NCBI GenBank assembly: GCA_036269115.1
Contig: DATAST010000081.1
Coordinates: 13,949 to 77,948 of the forward strand
DNA: 64,000 bases
From: Verrucomicrobiia bacterium
GTDB lineage: Bacteria; Verrucomicrobiota; Verrucomicrobiia; Limisphaerales; UBA11358
Direction: 5' to 3'
In this document: piece by piece, positions 48,646 to 58,151 of the stretch
Position numbering within the stretch: the first letter of the stretch is position 1
How the letters are laid out: every line of letters starts with the position of its first letter
The notes under the pieces: model-generated
Seen by the model: only the letters and a program-made list of their open reading frames with translations
Databases searched by the model: none
What the model was told of the DNA's origin: nothing
Program-made: the position numbers and the translations under genes

Positions 48646-48741
48646 TGTTGCCAGTTTTAGACGATTGTTGCCGCCTTGTTGTCAGTTTTGTTGCCACTTT
48701 TGTCGTTGATACTCAAGGATGTAGCCGATGTTGCCACTTTT
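48646..48741. repeat. array of five direct 13-nt repeats TGTTGCCA(C/G)TTTT in a divergent promoter region
   Basis: Copies lie at 48646-48658, 48666-48678 (degenerate), 48677-48689, 48689-48701 and 48729-48741. The last two are identical. Confidence 0.6.
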
Positions 48742-48841
48742 CCAACATCATATAACAATTCCTCTTACAAGCTGTGCGCCGGGTCTGGCTGAAACCTAAA
48801 ATCTCTTGAGGCTATTGTTCTGCCGGTCCAGAATTGCAGAT

Positions 48842-49771
48842 ATGAAAGCGGTTGCCCTGCATAACCCCCAAACGCCTTTTCGCGTTTTTCGCGTACCTGC
48901 GGTGGATGCAGTGATGGCGGAAGAAAGAGCCACTTCATTCACCAAACGCAGCATCAAAACTTCGGCGAAATTGGCCGGGCTGAAAATGGCCGTCTCGATG
49001 ATGGATTTGACGACGCTGGAAGGCAAAGATACTCCCGGCAAAGTGGCCTACCTTTGCCGCAAAGCTCTCCAGCCAACCGAACCGAAATACGGCGTGCCCT
49101 CATGCGCCGCTGTGTGCGTGTATCCCAATATGGTCAAATATGCCCGAAAATTCCTCGGCACAGAATCAGCCATGCACGTGGCGTCCGTCGCAACCGGTTT
49201 TCCAAGTGGGCAATTTCCATTACGCACAAAACTGGAAGAAGTTCGGCGCGCCGTCGGCAACGGCGCGGATGAAATTGATATGGTGATTGACCGTGGCGCA
49301 TTTTTGGCCGGTGATCATGCGCGCGTTTTCGATGAAATCGCCGCCACAAAAGAAACGTGCGGGACGGCGCATTTGAAAGTGATTTTGGAAACCGGCGAAT
49401 TGGTGACTTATGACAATGTGCGCCTCGCGAGCGAAATCGCGATGCAAGCAGGCGCGGATTTTATCAAGACCAGCACCGGCAAAGTATCGCCCGCCGCAAC
49501 CATGCCGGTGACACTGGTCATGCTCGAAGCCATCCGCGATTACTTTTTCGCCACCGGCGTGCGCATCGGTATGAAACCCGCCGGGGGCATTCGCACGGCG
49601 AAACAAGCGCTCGCCTATCTCGTCATGGTCAAAGAGACCCTCGGCGATGACTGGCTCACGCCCGACCTGTTCCGTTTCGGCGCGAGCACGCTGGTCAATG
49701 ATGTGCTGATGCAAATTGCCAGGAGCGTGGACGGGAATTATCAGGCGGCGGACTATTTTTCGATGCCGTGA
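48842..49771 (+). CDS. deoC: deoxyribose-phosphate aldolase (long form)
   Basis: MDLTTLEGKDTPGKV, VCVYP, ADEIDMVI and the Schiff-base Lys context DFIKTSTGK. The start is at MKAVAL; the track ORF starts at 48806. Confidence 0.85.
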   Translation: MKAVALHNPQTPFRVFRVPAVDAVMAEERATSFTKRSIKTSAKLAGLKMAVSMMDLTTLEGKDTPGKVAYLCRKALQPTEPKYGVPSCAAVCVYPNMVKYARKFLGTESAMHVASVATGFPSGQFPLRTKLEEVRRAVGNGADEIDMVIDRGAFLAGDHARVFDEIAATKETCGTAHLKVILETGELVTYDNVRLASEIAMQAGADFIKTSTGKVSPAATMPVTLVMLEAIRDYFFATGVRIGMKPAGGIRTAKQALAYLVMVKETLGDDWLTPDLFRFGASTLVNDVLMQIARSVDGNYQAADYFSMP

Positions 49772-51306
49772 AGTTATCTATGAAAACGAAGGCCAAACCC
49801 ATTAAACTTGCAGCAGCCATTTCTTCGCGACCCATCGTCCCGCTCCAATCTCGCCGCCTGAACTTCGACGGCGGTTGGGATTACGCCCCTGCCCCCGAAG
49901 ATTCGAAAAATTACGTCATCGCTCCACGGCACGAGCTATTCATCGGCGGGAAATTCGTCAAACCACATTCCGACACGTATTTTCCATCCATCAATCCGGC
50001 CACAGAAGATATTCTTACTCAATTCGCTTCTGCAGATGAGACGGACGTAGACAAAGCGGTCAGAGCGGCGCGGAATGCCTATGAGAAAGTTTGGGGTAAA
50101 ATGCCCGGACGCGAGCGTGGAAAATATCTCTACCGCATTGCGCGAATCATTCAGGAAAAAGCCCGCGAATTGGCAGTTTTGGAAACCATGGACGGCGGCA
50201 AGCCTATCAAGGAAAGTCGCGATGTGGATTTGCCACTGGTAGCCGCCCATTTCTTTTATCATGCCGGCTGGGCGGATAAACTAAAATACGCCTTTCCCGG
50301 CAGGGATCCGCAACCATTGGGCGTGGCCGGACAAATCATTCCATGGAACTTTCCATTGCTCATGGCCGCCTGGAAAATCGCGCCGGCGCTTGCCTGCGGC
50401 AACACGGTCGTACTAAAACCGGCCGAAACCACGTCCATCACAGCCATGCGCTTGGCACAGATTTTTCAGGAAGCGGAATTGCCGGATGGCGTCGTAAACA
50501 TCATCACTGGCGCAGGCGAAACCGGCGCAGCCCTGGTAAACCATCCCGGCGTGGACAAAATCGCATTCACCGGCAGTACAGAGGTGGGCAAGCGCATCGC
50601 ACAGTCCCTGGCTGGTACTCACAAAAAACTCACGCTCGAACTTGGCGGCAAAGCGGCGAATATTCTATTTGAAGACGCTCCGATCGATCAGGCGATTGAA
50701 GGTGTCATCTCTGGAATTTATTTTAACCAGGGCCACGTCTGCTGCGCGGGCTCGCGCCTGTTTGTGCAGGAAGGGATCTATTCCACGGTCATCCGAAAGC
50801 TGCGCGACCGTATCCGCACCTTGCGCGTGGGCAATCCGCTGGACAAAAATACGGATATCGGCGCAATCAATTCCAAACCGCAATTGGAAAAAATCAAAAT
50901 GCTGGTCCAAAGCGGCGTGGATGAAGGAGCCGAATTGACGCAATCGCAATGCGCCTTGCCTGCGAAAGGATATTGGTTCCCGCCCGCGTTTTTGACGGGC
51001 GTGACCATGGCCAATCGCGTTGCCCAGGAAGAAATCTTTGGGCCGGTCCTCAGCGTCATGACCTTTCGCACGCCTGAAGAAGCGTTCGAGCGGGCGAATA
51101 ACACTCCTTACGGACTTAGTGCGGGCATCTGGACGGACAAAGGCAGCAAGATTTTCAAAATGGCAAACAAACTCCGCGCCGGGGTGGTTTGGGCAAATAC
51201 CTACAACAAATTTGATCCGACAAGCCCATTCGGCGGATACAAAGAAAGTGGTTTTGGCCGCGAAGGAGGATTGCAAGGGCTGGCGGCATATTGCAGAATT
51301 CATTAG
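49768..51306 (+). CDS. NAD(P)+-dependent aldehyde dehydrogenase
   Basis: IIPWNFPLLMAAWKIAPALACGN, FTGSTEVGK, catalytic Glu in LELGGKA and catalytic Cys in NQGHVCCAGSR. A GTG start overlaps the deoC stop; an alternative ATG lies at 49780. Confidence 0.9.
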   Translation: MKLSMKTKAKPIKLAAAISSRPIVPLQSRRLNFDGGWDYAPAPEDSKNYVIAPRHELFIGGKFVKPHSDTYFPSINPATEDILTQFASADETDVDKAVRAARNAYEKVWGKMPGRERGKYLYRIARIIQEKARELAVLETMDGGKPIKESRDVDLPLVAAHFFYHAGWADKLKYAFPGRDPQPLGVAGQIIPWNFPLLMAAWKIAPALACGNTVVLKPAETTSITAMRLAQIFQEAELPDGVVNIITGAGETGAALVNHPGVDKIAFTGSTEVGKRIAQSLAGTHKKLTLELGGKAANILFEDAPIDQAIEGVISGIYFNQGHVCCAGSRLFVQEGIYSTVIRKLRDRIRTLRVGNPLDKNTDIGAINSKPQLEKIKMLVQSGVDEGAELTQSQCALPAKGYWFPPAFLTGVTMANRVAQEEIFGPVLSVMTFRTPEEAFERANNTPYGLSAGIWTDKGSKIFKMANKLRAGVVWANTYNKFDPTSPFGGYKESGFGREGGLQGLAAYCRIH

Positions 51307-51319
51307 ATTTGTCAATTTT

Positions 51320-51413
51320 GGGTAGGGACGGCGCGCTGCGCCGTCACCGCCCGTAAAGCGTGCGGAACCATGCGCGGTATAGCGTCAGATTACACTCGTT
51401 GCTGCCACGTTAC
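51320..51413. repeat. second (5'-partial) copy of the GC-rich intergenic repeat seen at 27681-27805
   Basis: GGGACGGCGCGCTGCGCCGTCACCGCCCGTAAAGCGTGCGGAAC... aligns with 27686 onward. The local hairpin is GACGGCGC-GCT-GCGCCGTC (51327-51345). Confidence 0.6.
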
Positions 51414-51424
51414 TGTATTGGAAG

Positions 51425-51643
51425 ATGCAATCATATTTGCAAAGAATAGCCGGAGTCATCTGCCTCGTTATCGGCGTATTATTGCTGGTTCACGGGCATG
51501 ACATCGCGCGCTCCGTTGGCGAACAGGTGCGGCAGTATTCGCCTTTCGGACCGTCAAACCGTTCAACTTATTTTTATATCGCCGGCGCGGTGCTGGCCAT
51601 CTTCGGGGCTTCACAAATCATCTGGCCGGCTAAACCAAAATAA
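51425..51643 (+). CDS. small two-TM membrane protein (DUF3185-like)
   Basis: 72 aa with two hydrophobic helices (IAGVICLVIGVLLLV; YFYIAGAVLAIFGA). Confidence 0.6.
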   Translation: MQSYLQRIAGVICLVIGVLLLVHGHDIARSVGEQVRQYSPFGPSNRSTYFYIAGAVLAIFGASQIIWPAKPK

Positions 51644-51648
51644 TTTTC

Positions 51649-52521
51649 ATGAGCACGCGACTCGAAGTCAAAAAGACCTATAAACTGTTTATCGGCGGAA
51701 AATTTCCCCGAAGCGAGAGCGGGCGTTATCTCGCCGCAAAATCGGCGAATGGCGAGCACCTGGATAATTTTTCTCACGCCTCACGCAAGGATTTGCGCGA
51801 CGCCGTTACGGCCGCGCGCGCGGCATTCGAGGGCTGGAACAAAGCCGCGGCTTATAATCGCGGCCAAATTCTTTATCGCGCGGCTGAGATGCTGCAAAAC
51901 CGCGCCGCCGAATTGGCCCATGAAATTTCACGTTCAGCCAATGTCACCGCCGCCGCAGCCCGGCGGGAAGTGACCCTCGCGATCGATCGACTCGTTTATT
52001 TTTCGGGATGGACGGATAAATATCAGCAGGTCTTCGGGTCGGTGAACCCGGTGGCGTCGCCGCATTTCAATTTCACAACTCCGGAACCCACCGGCGTGGT
52101 CGCCGTATTGGCCCCCGACGAGCCCCCGTTGCTGGCTTTGGTTTCGCTCATCGCACCGGCGATTTTAAGCGGCAACGCGGTAGTTGCCGTCGTTTCAGAA
52201 ACGTTCCCATTGCCCGCATTGACCTTTGCTGAAATCCTGGCCACCAGCGATTTGCCCGGTGGCGTCGTAAATATTCTCGCGGGAAAGCGAAGCGAAATCG
52301 TGCCACACATCGCATCGCACATGGACATCAACGCCATCGTAGATGGCGCGGGCGATACCGTGTTAAACGCAAAATTGCAGGAAGGAATGGCAACTAATTT
52401 AAAACGTTACGCAAAGCATTCGTTGCCCGCCAAGAGTTGGTTCGTGCCGGCAGCTGAGGATCCCTATTGGATTTTGGATACTGTTGAGTTTAAAACGGCA
52501 TGGCACCCGATTGGGATGTGA
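51649..52521 (+). CDS. truncated aldehyde-dehydrogenase-family protein lacking the catalytic domain
   Basis: 290 aa. The ALDH N-terminal/NAD-binding pattern is present (KLFIGGKF, AAFEGW, GVVAVLAPDEPPLL, GGVVNILAG). The protein ends before the ELGGK Glu and the catalytic Cys positions. Confidence 0.8.
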   Translation: MSTRLEVKKTYKLFIGGKFPRSESGRYLAAKSANGEHLDNFSHASRKDLRDAVTAARAAFEGWNKAAAYNRGQILYRAAEMLQNRAAELAHEISRSANVTAAAARREVTLAIDRLVYFSGWTDKYQQVFGSVNPVASPHFNFTTPEPTGVVAVLAPDEPPLLALVSLIAPAILSGNAVVAVVSETFPLPALTFAEILATSDLPGGVVNILAGKRSEIVPHIASHMDINAIVDGAGDTVLNAKLQEGMATNLKRYAKHSLPAKSWFVPAAEDPYWILDTVEFKTAWHPIGM

Positions 52522-52533
52522 GCATTGCTGCTC

Positions 52534-52581
52534 GGTGTCCGGCCTTTAGGCTGCTCCGGAGCACGCTAAAGCGTGGACACC
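52534..52581. repeat. 48-nt imperfect palindrome between convergent genes (REP-like or terminator-like hairpin)
   Basis: The arms are GGTGTCCGGCCTTTAGGCTGCTCC / GGAGCACGCTAAAGCGTGGACACC. There are 7+6+4 bp helices with two internal loops and no flanking T-run. Confidence 0.5.
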
Positions 52582-52585
52582 AAAC

Positions 52586-53524
52586 TCACCCTACCTCCTG
52601 CGGACCTTTTCCTCCGTTGAGCAAAAACAGCACCGCCATCCGCACTGCCAACCCATTGGTTACTTGCTCCAAAATAAGCGAGCGCTTGCAGTCTGCGATT
52701 TCGCTGTCAATTTCCACCCCGCGATTGATCGGGCCTGGATGCATGATGAGCGCCTCCGGTTTGGTTTTGGCCAGGCGTGCCTTGTTGAGACCGAAAAGCC
52801 GGGTGTATTCGGCAATGCCGGGAAACATCGTCTTGCGCTGACGCTCGTGCTGGATGCGCAGCAGATGGATGATATCCGCGTCGCGCAACGCCTCGTCCAC
52901 ATTATAGGTCACTCGGCAGCCCATTTTCTCGAATGTCTTTGGGACCAGCGTGGACGGCCCGCAAAGCGTGACGCTCGCGCCAAGTTTGGTCAGTGCCCAA
53001 ATATTTGAGCGTGCCACGCGGCTGTAGAGAATGTCGCCGAGAATAGTGACGTTGAGCCCGGCGACTTTTCCTTTGCGTTCGCGGATGGTGAAGGCATCGA
53101 GCAAGGCCTGTGTGGGATGCTCGTGCGCGCCGTCCCCGCCGTTAATGACCCGCGCGTTCATCACCCGGGCCAGAAAATGGGGCGCACCGCTCGCGCTGTG
53201 CCGGATGACGATAAAATCGGCGTTGAGCGCCTGGAGATTCAACGCGGTGTCCTTGAGCGTTTCACCCTTTTTGAATGAGGACGCCTCGGCGGAAAAATTA
53301 ATAATGTCCGCGCTCAACCGTTGCTCGGCCAGTTCGAAACTGATGCGTGTGCGCGTGGACGGCTCGACAAATAAATTCACCACCGTCTTGCCGCGCAACG
53401 CCGGAACTTTTTTAATCGCGCGCTCGCCCACCGCCTTAAACGCCCGGGCCGTGTCCAATACCGTAATAATCTCGTCCGCGGTGAGCGATTCGATGTCGAG
53501 CAAATGATTTTTGTTCCAGCTCAT
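52586..53524 (-). CDS. pyrB: aspartate carbamoyltransferase catalytic subunit
   Basis: [23 protein letters not shown] and [10 protein letters not shown]. 312 aa. Confidence 0.95.
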   Translation of the reverse strand: MSWNKNHLLDIESLTADEIITVLDTARAFKAVGERAIKKVPALRGKTVVNLFVEPSTRTRISFELAEQRLSADIINFSAEASSFKKGETLKDTALNLQALNADFIVIRHSASGAPHFLARVMNARVINGGDGAHEHPTQALLDAFTIRERKGKVAGLNVTILGDILYSRVARSNIWALTKLGASVTLCGPSTLVPKTFEKMGCRVTYNVDEALRDADIIHLLRIQHERQRKTMFPGIAEYTRLFGLNKARLAKTKPEALIMHPGPINRGVEIDSEIADCKRSLILEQVTNGLAVRMAVLFLLNGGKGPQEVG

Positions 53525-54054
53525 TTTCGTTCCAGGACTACTTCATCTTTTTCGCCAATGCGGACATGAATGTTCTCGTCCGGTGCAGTCGGAACATTTT
53601 TACCGACGAAATCGGCTTTGATGGGCAATTCGCGATGACCGCGATCCACGAGGACGGCAAGCTGGATTTTTTTGGGACGGCCGAAGTCATTCAGCGCGTC
53701 CATGGCCGCGCGCGTCGTTCGGCCGCTAAACAATACATCGTCCACCAGCACAACCGTTTTGCCATTCACATCGAAGGGCATGACCGTGGGATGAACCTGC
53801 GGCGCCGCGCGACGGTCCAGGTCGTCCCGATGCATCGATACATCCAGGCTGCCGACCGGCACGGGATGTTTCCAGATACCTGTGAGAATTTCTCCAAGAC
53901 GCCGGGCAAGAATGTCCGCACCCGCTGGTATGCCAACCAGTACTACTTCGGATGATTGTTCGTTGCGTTCGGCGATCTCGTGAGCGATACGGGTGAGGGC
54001 GCGTCCGATGGCCGTGGCGTCGAGGATGACGATAGATTCGCGCTGGTTGTTCAT
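53521..54054 (-). CDS. pyrR: bifunctional pyr operon regulator / uracil phosphoribosyltransferase
   Basis: The PRTase motif is [13 protein letters not shown]. The length and the 4-nt overlap with pyrB are typical of pyrR. Confidence 0.9.
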   Translation of the reverse strand: MNNQRESIVILDATAIGRALTRIAHEIAERNEQSSEVVLVGIPAGADILARRLGEILTGIWKHPVPVGSLDVSMHRDDLDRRAAPQVHPTVMPFDVNGKTVVLVDDVLFSGRTTRAAMDALNDFGRPKKIQLAVLVDRGHRELPIKADFVGKNVPTAPDENIHVRIGEKDEVVLERK

Positions 54055-54099
54055 GCGTCCTTCGCAACCTCACGGGGCTGCGTTAAAGGAGGTGGTTCT

Positions 54100-54333
54100 T
54101 CAGTTATTCGTGGAATTTTGACGGGCTTTGCGCCAGGCGGAACGATGTCTCATGATCCAATCGGTCAGGGCGCGCTCGAATCCGATGTCATGGCCGGCCT
54201 TTTCCGATTCAATCCATTTGTGCCTAAGGATTTCCTCGCGCTCGGCCTGAAACTCGCGGTAGAGCGATGAATTTTTCAACAAATCGTCCGCTATTGAAGA
54301 AACTTTTGCAGCGTTCGACATAACGTAATACAT
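54100..54333 (-). CDS. small conserved-looking hypothetical protein
   Basis: About 77 aa from MYYVMS, with the motif HKWIESEKAGHDIGFERALTDWI. The upstream part of the track ORF looks non-coding. Confidence 0.5.
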   Translation of the reverse strand: MYYVMSNAAKVSSIADDLLKNSSLYREFQAEREEILRHKWIESEKAGHDIGFERALTDWIMRHRSAWRKARQNSTNN

Positions 54334-54575
54334 TAAGTCTCTTTTATTAAACAATGCAACCAAAATAAATAGTTCATAATCAATTTGTTGCGTCGACGTC
54401 ACGGGCGGAATATTGACAAATGCCCTGCACATACCGTTCTCTGTGTTGCGTGAAGCATGTGATTTAGGTCCAGACATACTTGAGGCACCACGCACCACGT
54501 ATTGGCCCGAGTGCCCAAAAAACGCCCTAAATGCGCTTTACATCAATAGCTACACCCTATAAGCTTTTTCAGATT

Positions 54576-54833
54576 ATGGAAGCTAAAGCAAAGACGATTG
54601 ACCAATTTAAGACGCACGATGGCGACACTGGGTCGGCTGACGTGCAGATTGCGCTCTTGACCCAGCGCATCAACCATTTGACCGAGCATTTGCAGGGCAA
54701 CAAAAAAGATCACAGTTCGCGCCGCGGATTGCTGATGATGGTCGGCCAGCGCCGCCGGTTGTTGGATTACTTGCAAAACACGGATTTGGGCCGCTACCAG
54801 GCGGTCACTAAAAAACTGAAACTGCGCCATTAA
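54576..54833 (+). CDS. rpsO: 30S ribosomal protein S15
   Basis: 85 aa from MEAKAK, with [48 protein letters not shown]. Confidence 0.95.
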   Translation: MEAKAKTIDQFKTHDGDTGSADVQIALLTQRINHLTEHLQGNKKDHSSRRGLLMMVGQRRRLLDYLQNTDLGRYQAVTKKLKLRH

Positions 54834-55040
54834 GGCAATCGGTTCATAAGATTTGCGAGGCGCGGTTTTTATTTTATATTGGCTGTGTCTTGCTTCAAGT
54901 TCGGGCTGGAACGCGACTTGCCCGGCTCTTTAACACTAACTCGCGAATAAAAAATAGCTCCGCTCTGCCGGGAAATTTCAATCAGCTCCGATCATTTCGG
55001 GGTTCACTGAAGTTCCTCGGGCAGCGCGGACAGGAAACAT

Positions 55041-57170
55041 ATGCCAGAGAAAATAACCGCCCAGGTGGGCGATAAGCACATCACCATTGAAACAGGGAAA
55101 CTAGCCAAGCAGGCCGACGGAGCGGTGACCGTCCAACTCGGAGAAACAATCGTAGTCGTCGCGGCCGTCGCCGCCACGAAGGCCAAAGAAGGCCAGGAGT
55201 TCTTCCCCTTGACCGTTGACTACCGCGAAAAAGCCGCTGCGGCAGGAAAAATTCCGGGTAGCTACTTCAAACGCGAAGGCCGGCCAAGCGAAAAGGAAAT
55301 TTTAACTTCACGTCTCACCGACCGCCCCATCCGCCCGCTCTTTCCCAAGGGCTGGTATAACGAAGTGCAGGTCCAAAGCATCGTCCTGAGCGCGGACGGC
55401 GAGAATGACCCGGACATTTTGAGCATCATCGGCGCCAGCGCCTCGCTCATGGTCAGCGATATTCCGTGGGCCGGCCCGCTCGGCGCCGTGCGCGTCGGAC
55501 GCATCAACGGAAAATTCATCGCCAATCCCACGCACCAGGACATGGAGGAAAGCGATTTGGATTTGGTCTACGTCGGCAATGAAACCGACATCGTCATGTA
55601 CGAAGGATCAGCCAGGGAAATTACCGAAGCGGATTTTAATGCCGCCCTCAAGTTCGGCCAGGAATGCTGCGCGCCCTTGATCGCCGCGCAAAAGGAACTC
55701 GCCGCGAAGGCCGGCAAAAAGAAGCGCGAAATCAAGCTGAACATCGTGCCGGATGAAATTTTGCAGGCAGCTAAAAACCTCGTCGGCGACCGTTTCGTTC
55801 CGGCCCTCCTGACGCCGGGCAAACTGGCGCGCGAATCAGCTGTCAAAGCCATTCAGGACGAAGTGGGCGCCAAACTCACCGAAAAATTCGGCGAGGAAAA
55901 GGTGACCGAGTTCGTTGTCAAAGACGCCTTTTATTACATCCAAAAAGAAGCCGTTCGCAGTTTGATTTTAAACAGCGGCAAGCGGCTGGATGGCCGCAGT
56001 TTTGATCAGGTCCGGGCCATTTCGTCTGAAGTGGGCCTTTTGCCCCGCGCACACGGTTCGGCCCTGTTTTGCCGCGGCGAAACTCAAGCTCTGACTCTGG
56101 CAACGCTCGGCACCGGCGAAGACGTTCAGGAATTCGACGCCTATACCGGCGGCGAAACCACCAAGAAATTCCTCCTGCACTATAATTTCCCGAACTTTTC
56201 CGTGGGCGAAACCGGCCGCATTTCCGGCCCGGGCCGCCGCGAGATTGGCCATGGCGCCCTTGCCGAACGCAGCATCGAGCCCATGATTCCGCTCAAGGAA
56301 TATCCATACACAGTCCGCGTCACCAGTGAGGTCATGGAATCAAACGGTTCCACCTCCATGGCCACCGTTTGCGGCGGCACGCTGGCGCTCATGGACGCAG
56401 GCGTTCCCATGATCCGTCCAGTGGCCGGCATCAGCGTCGGCATCTGCGCCGAATACGGCGGCGATAAAATTTCCCGCTATCAATTGCTGACCGATATCAT
56501 CGGTTGGGAAGATCATTATTGCGACATGGATTGCAAAATCGCCGGCACCGAGAAGGGCATCACCGGCTTCCAGTTGGACCTGAAGTTGAAAGGATTGCCG
56601 CATGCGATGATGACCGAGGCCATTGAAAAGGCCCGCGTGGCCCGCATGGCCATCCTCGGCGAAATGGCCAAAACTCTGGCCGAGCCCCGCAAGGAATTGA
56701 GCAAGTACGCGCCGCGTATCGAAGTCATCAAGATCAATCCGGAAAAGATCGGCGCTCTCATCGGCCCAGGCGGCAAGAACATCAAACGCCTGGTCGAGGA
56801 GTCCGGTTGCGAAATCAACATCGAAGACGACGGCACAGTGAATATTTTCTCTGTGTCAGCCGACGGCATGAAGATCGCCCGCGATGCTATCACAGGCATG
56901 ACCGCCGAAGCCGAAGTCGGCAAGGTTTATCGGGGTAAAGTCGTTACCATCAAGGAATTCGGCGCGTTTGTTGAATTTCTGCCCGGCAAAGACGGCCTGG
57001 TTCACATTAGCGAACTCGCCAATTTCCGCGTCAAGAAAACCGAGGACATCGTCAAAGTGGGCGATGAAATCACCGTCAAATGCCTCGGCGTGGACGAAAA
57101 AGGCCGCGTGCGCCTCTCGCGCAAAGCCGCCATGGAAGACCGCGACCGCGAAATGGCGGACAAAGCCTGA
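55041..57170 (+). CDS. pnp: polyribonucleotide nucleotidyltransferase (PNPase)
   Basis: 709 aa. Two RNase PH domains are followed by a KH domain ([11 protein letters not shown]) and an S1 domain ([15 protein letters not shown]). It follows rpsO, as in many bacteria. Confidence 0.95.
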   Translation: MPEKITAQVGDKHITIETGKLAKQADGAVTVQLGETIVVVAAVAATKAKEGQEFFPLTVDYREKAAAAGKIPGSYFKREGRPSEKEILTSRLTDRPIRPLFPKGWYNEVQVQSIVLSADGENDPDILSIIGASASLMVSDIPWAGPLGAVRVGRINGKFIANPTHQDMEESDLDLVYVGNETDIVMYEGSAREITEADFNAALKFGQECCAPLIAAQKELAAKAGKKKREIKLNIVPDEILQAAKNLVGDRFVPALLTPGKLARESAVKAIQDEVGAKLTEKFGEEKVTEFVVKDAFYYIQKEAVRSLILNSGKRLDGRSFDQVRAISSEVGLLPRAHGSALFCRGETQALTLATLGTGEDVQEFDAYTGGETTKKFLLHYNFPNFSVGETGRISGPGRREIGHGALAERSIEPMIPLKEYPYTVRVTSEVMESNGSTSMATVCGGTLALMDAGVPMIRPVAGISVGICAEYGGDKISRYQLLTDIIGWEDHYCDMDCKIAGTEKGITGFQLDLKLKGLPHAMMTEAIEKARVARMAILGEMAKTLAEPRKELSKYAPRIEVIKINPEKIGALIGPGGKNIKRLVEESGCEINIEDDGTVNIFSVSADGMKIARDAITGMTAEAEVGKVYRGKVVTIKEFGAFVEFLPGKDGLVHISELANFRVKKTEDIVKVGDEITVKCLGVDEKGRVRLSRKAAMEDRDREMADKA

Positions 57171-57189
57171 TTTACGAGTGTTTCATCAA

Positions 57190-57222
57190 GCGCGAACGGC
57201 GAGAGCTGTTCGCGCTTTTTTT
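57190..57222 (+). terminator. rho-independent terminator of pnp
   Basis: The stem is GCGCGAAC (57190-57197) / GTTCGCGC (57208-57215) with a 10-nt loop, followed by T7 (57216-57222). It begins 20 nt after the pnp stop. Confidence 0.75.
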
Positions 57223-57296
57223 ATCGGCCGCCTGCTATTGAACCGGACCGTGTTTATAGGGCGGGCCTTCAGCCCTTGAGGTTTTTACTACGATTT

Positions 57297-57396
57297 CCTG
57301 GGGCGATGCCCCAGGCTGGTATGGTGACGCGCCTTTGGCACTCGGTATTCCCGGGCCAACGGCCCATTTCATACCAGCATGGGGCACCGCCCCATG
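57297..57396. repeat. pair of inverted ~30-nt repeats, each with its own GGGGC/GCCCC hairpin
   Basis: CCTGGGGCGATGCCCCAGGCTGGTATGG (57297 onward) matches the reverse complement of CCATTTCATACCAGCATGGGGCACCGCCCCATG (ending at 57396). The local hairpins lie at 57297-57315 and 57379-57395. Confidence 0.6.
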
Positions 57397-57521
57397 TTCA
57401 TACGGCAAGAGGAAATAAGCGCCAACGGCGCGGCCTATCGCCGCGAGTCAAATGTCGGCGTTGGTCTCAATCATTCCCAAAGAGGCGGCAGAGCATGAGT
57501 CAAAATTCCAATCCGAACCGC

Positions 57522-58151
57522 TCATTTTGTCTGAGTCACATGACCGTAGATGTCCCACAATTTGAGCATCACGCTCGCCGCCAATATCAAAGCATAAACA
57601 GTGACGATTTGCCGACGGTATTTGCGCGCCCATTGCTTTCCATGTTCTCCGCGAGACCAATTTGCCAGAAACGCAACGCCACCTATGACCGAGAATGTAA
57701 AAATGGCCGCGCCCAGGGCTCGCCATAAATGGTACGGGTCAGGCCAATATTCAACACAGAATACACCAACCGCTGCAAAGCACGTCCAGAATACGGCCCG
57801 CCGCGTTGAGATGGATCCCTCACGAAAAGCCTCACCTTCCGAACTTTGGGCTGTTGCTTTGGCTTGAAGCCAGAACATGAATCCAACCACTGCAGCGATC
57901 ACGACTTCAAAATATAAAACATCAAATAGACGAGAATACACGGTGGCATTTTTATCAATGAGTCCAAACGATAGGCCAAAAATGGCGGCAACAATCCACC
58001 CGTAAAAAATACGCACCCGACCTTTGCGCACCAGTAACTCACGGATCGCATCCAGATCTTCTCCGTAAAAAGGTGCTCCACAATGGTAACAGCTCGGCGC
58101 GGACAATGGATTTTCGCGCCTGCACCGTCGGCATATTTTTGTTTGCGGCAT
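57522..58151 (-). CDS. membrane protein with N-terminal zinc-ribbon
   Basis: CRRCRRENPLSAPSCYHCGAPF is followed by about 5 TM helices. The start is chosen at MPQTKI (ATG 58149-58151), which overlaps the upstream stop as TAATG. Confidence 0.65.
   Translation of the reverse strand: MPQTKICRRCRRENPLSAPSCYHCGAPFYGEDLDAIRELLVRKGRVRIFYGWIVAAIFGLSFGLIDKNATVYSRLFDVLYFEVVIAAVVGFMFWLQAKATAQSSEGEAFREGSISTRRAVFWTCFAAVGVFCVEYWPDPYHLWRALGAAIFTFSVIGGVAFLANWSRGEHGKQWARKYRRQIVTVYALILAASVMLKLWDIYGHVTQTK

Noticed and set aside
54834-55040. rpsO-pnp intergenic leader as an RNase III/autoregulatory hairpin
   Set aside because: Only short stems (for example CGGGC...GCCCG around 54910-54935) could be found by eye, and nothing is comparable to the long E. 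coli pnp leader hairpin. A folding program is needed.
57276-57728. 150-aa plus-strand ORF downstream of pnp
   Set aside because: It starts inside the inverted-repeat/hairpin region and runs antisense into the zinc-ribbon membrane protein gene. Its composition (R/P/G/Q-rich) is typical of translated repeat DNA.
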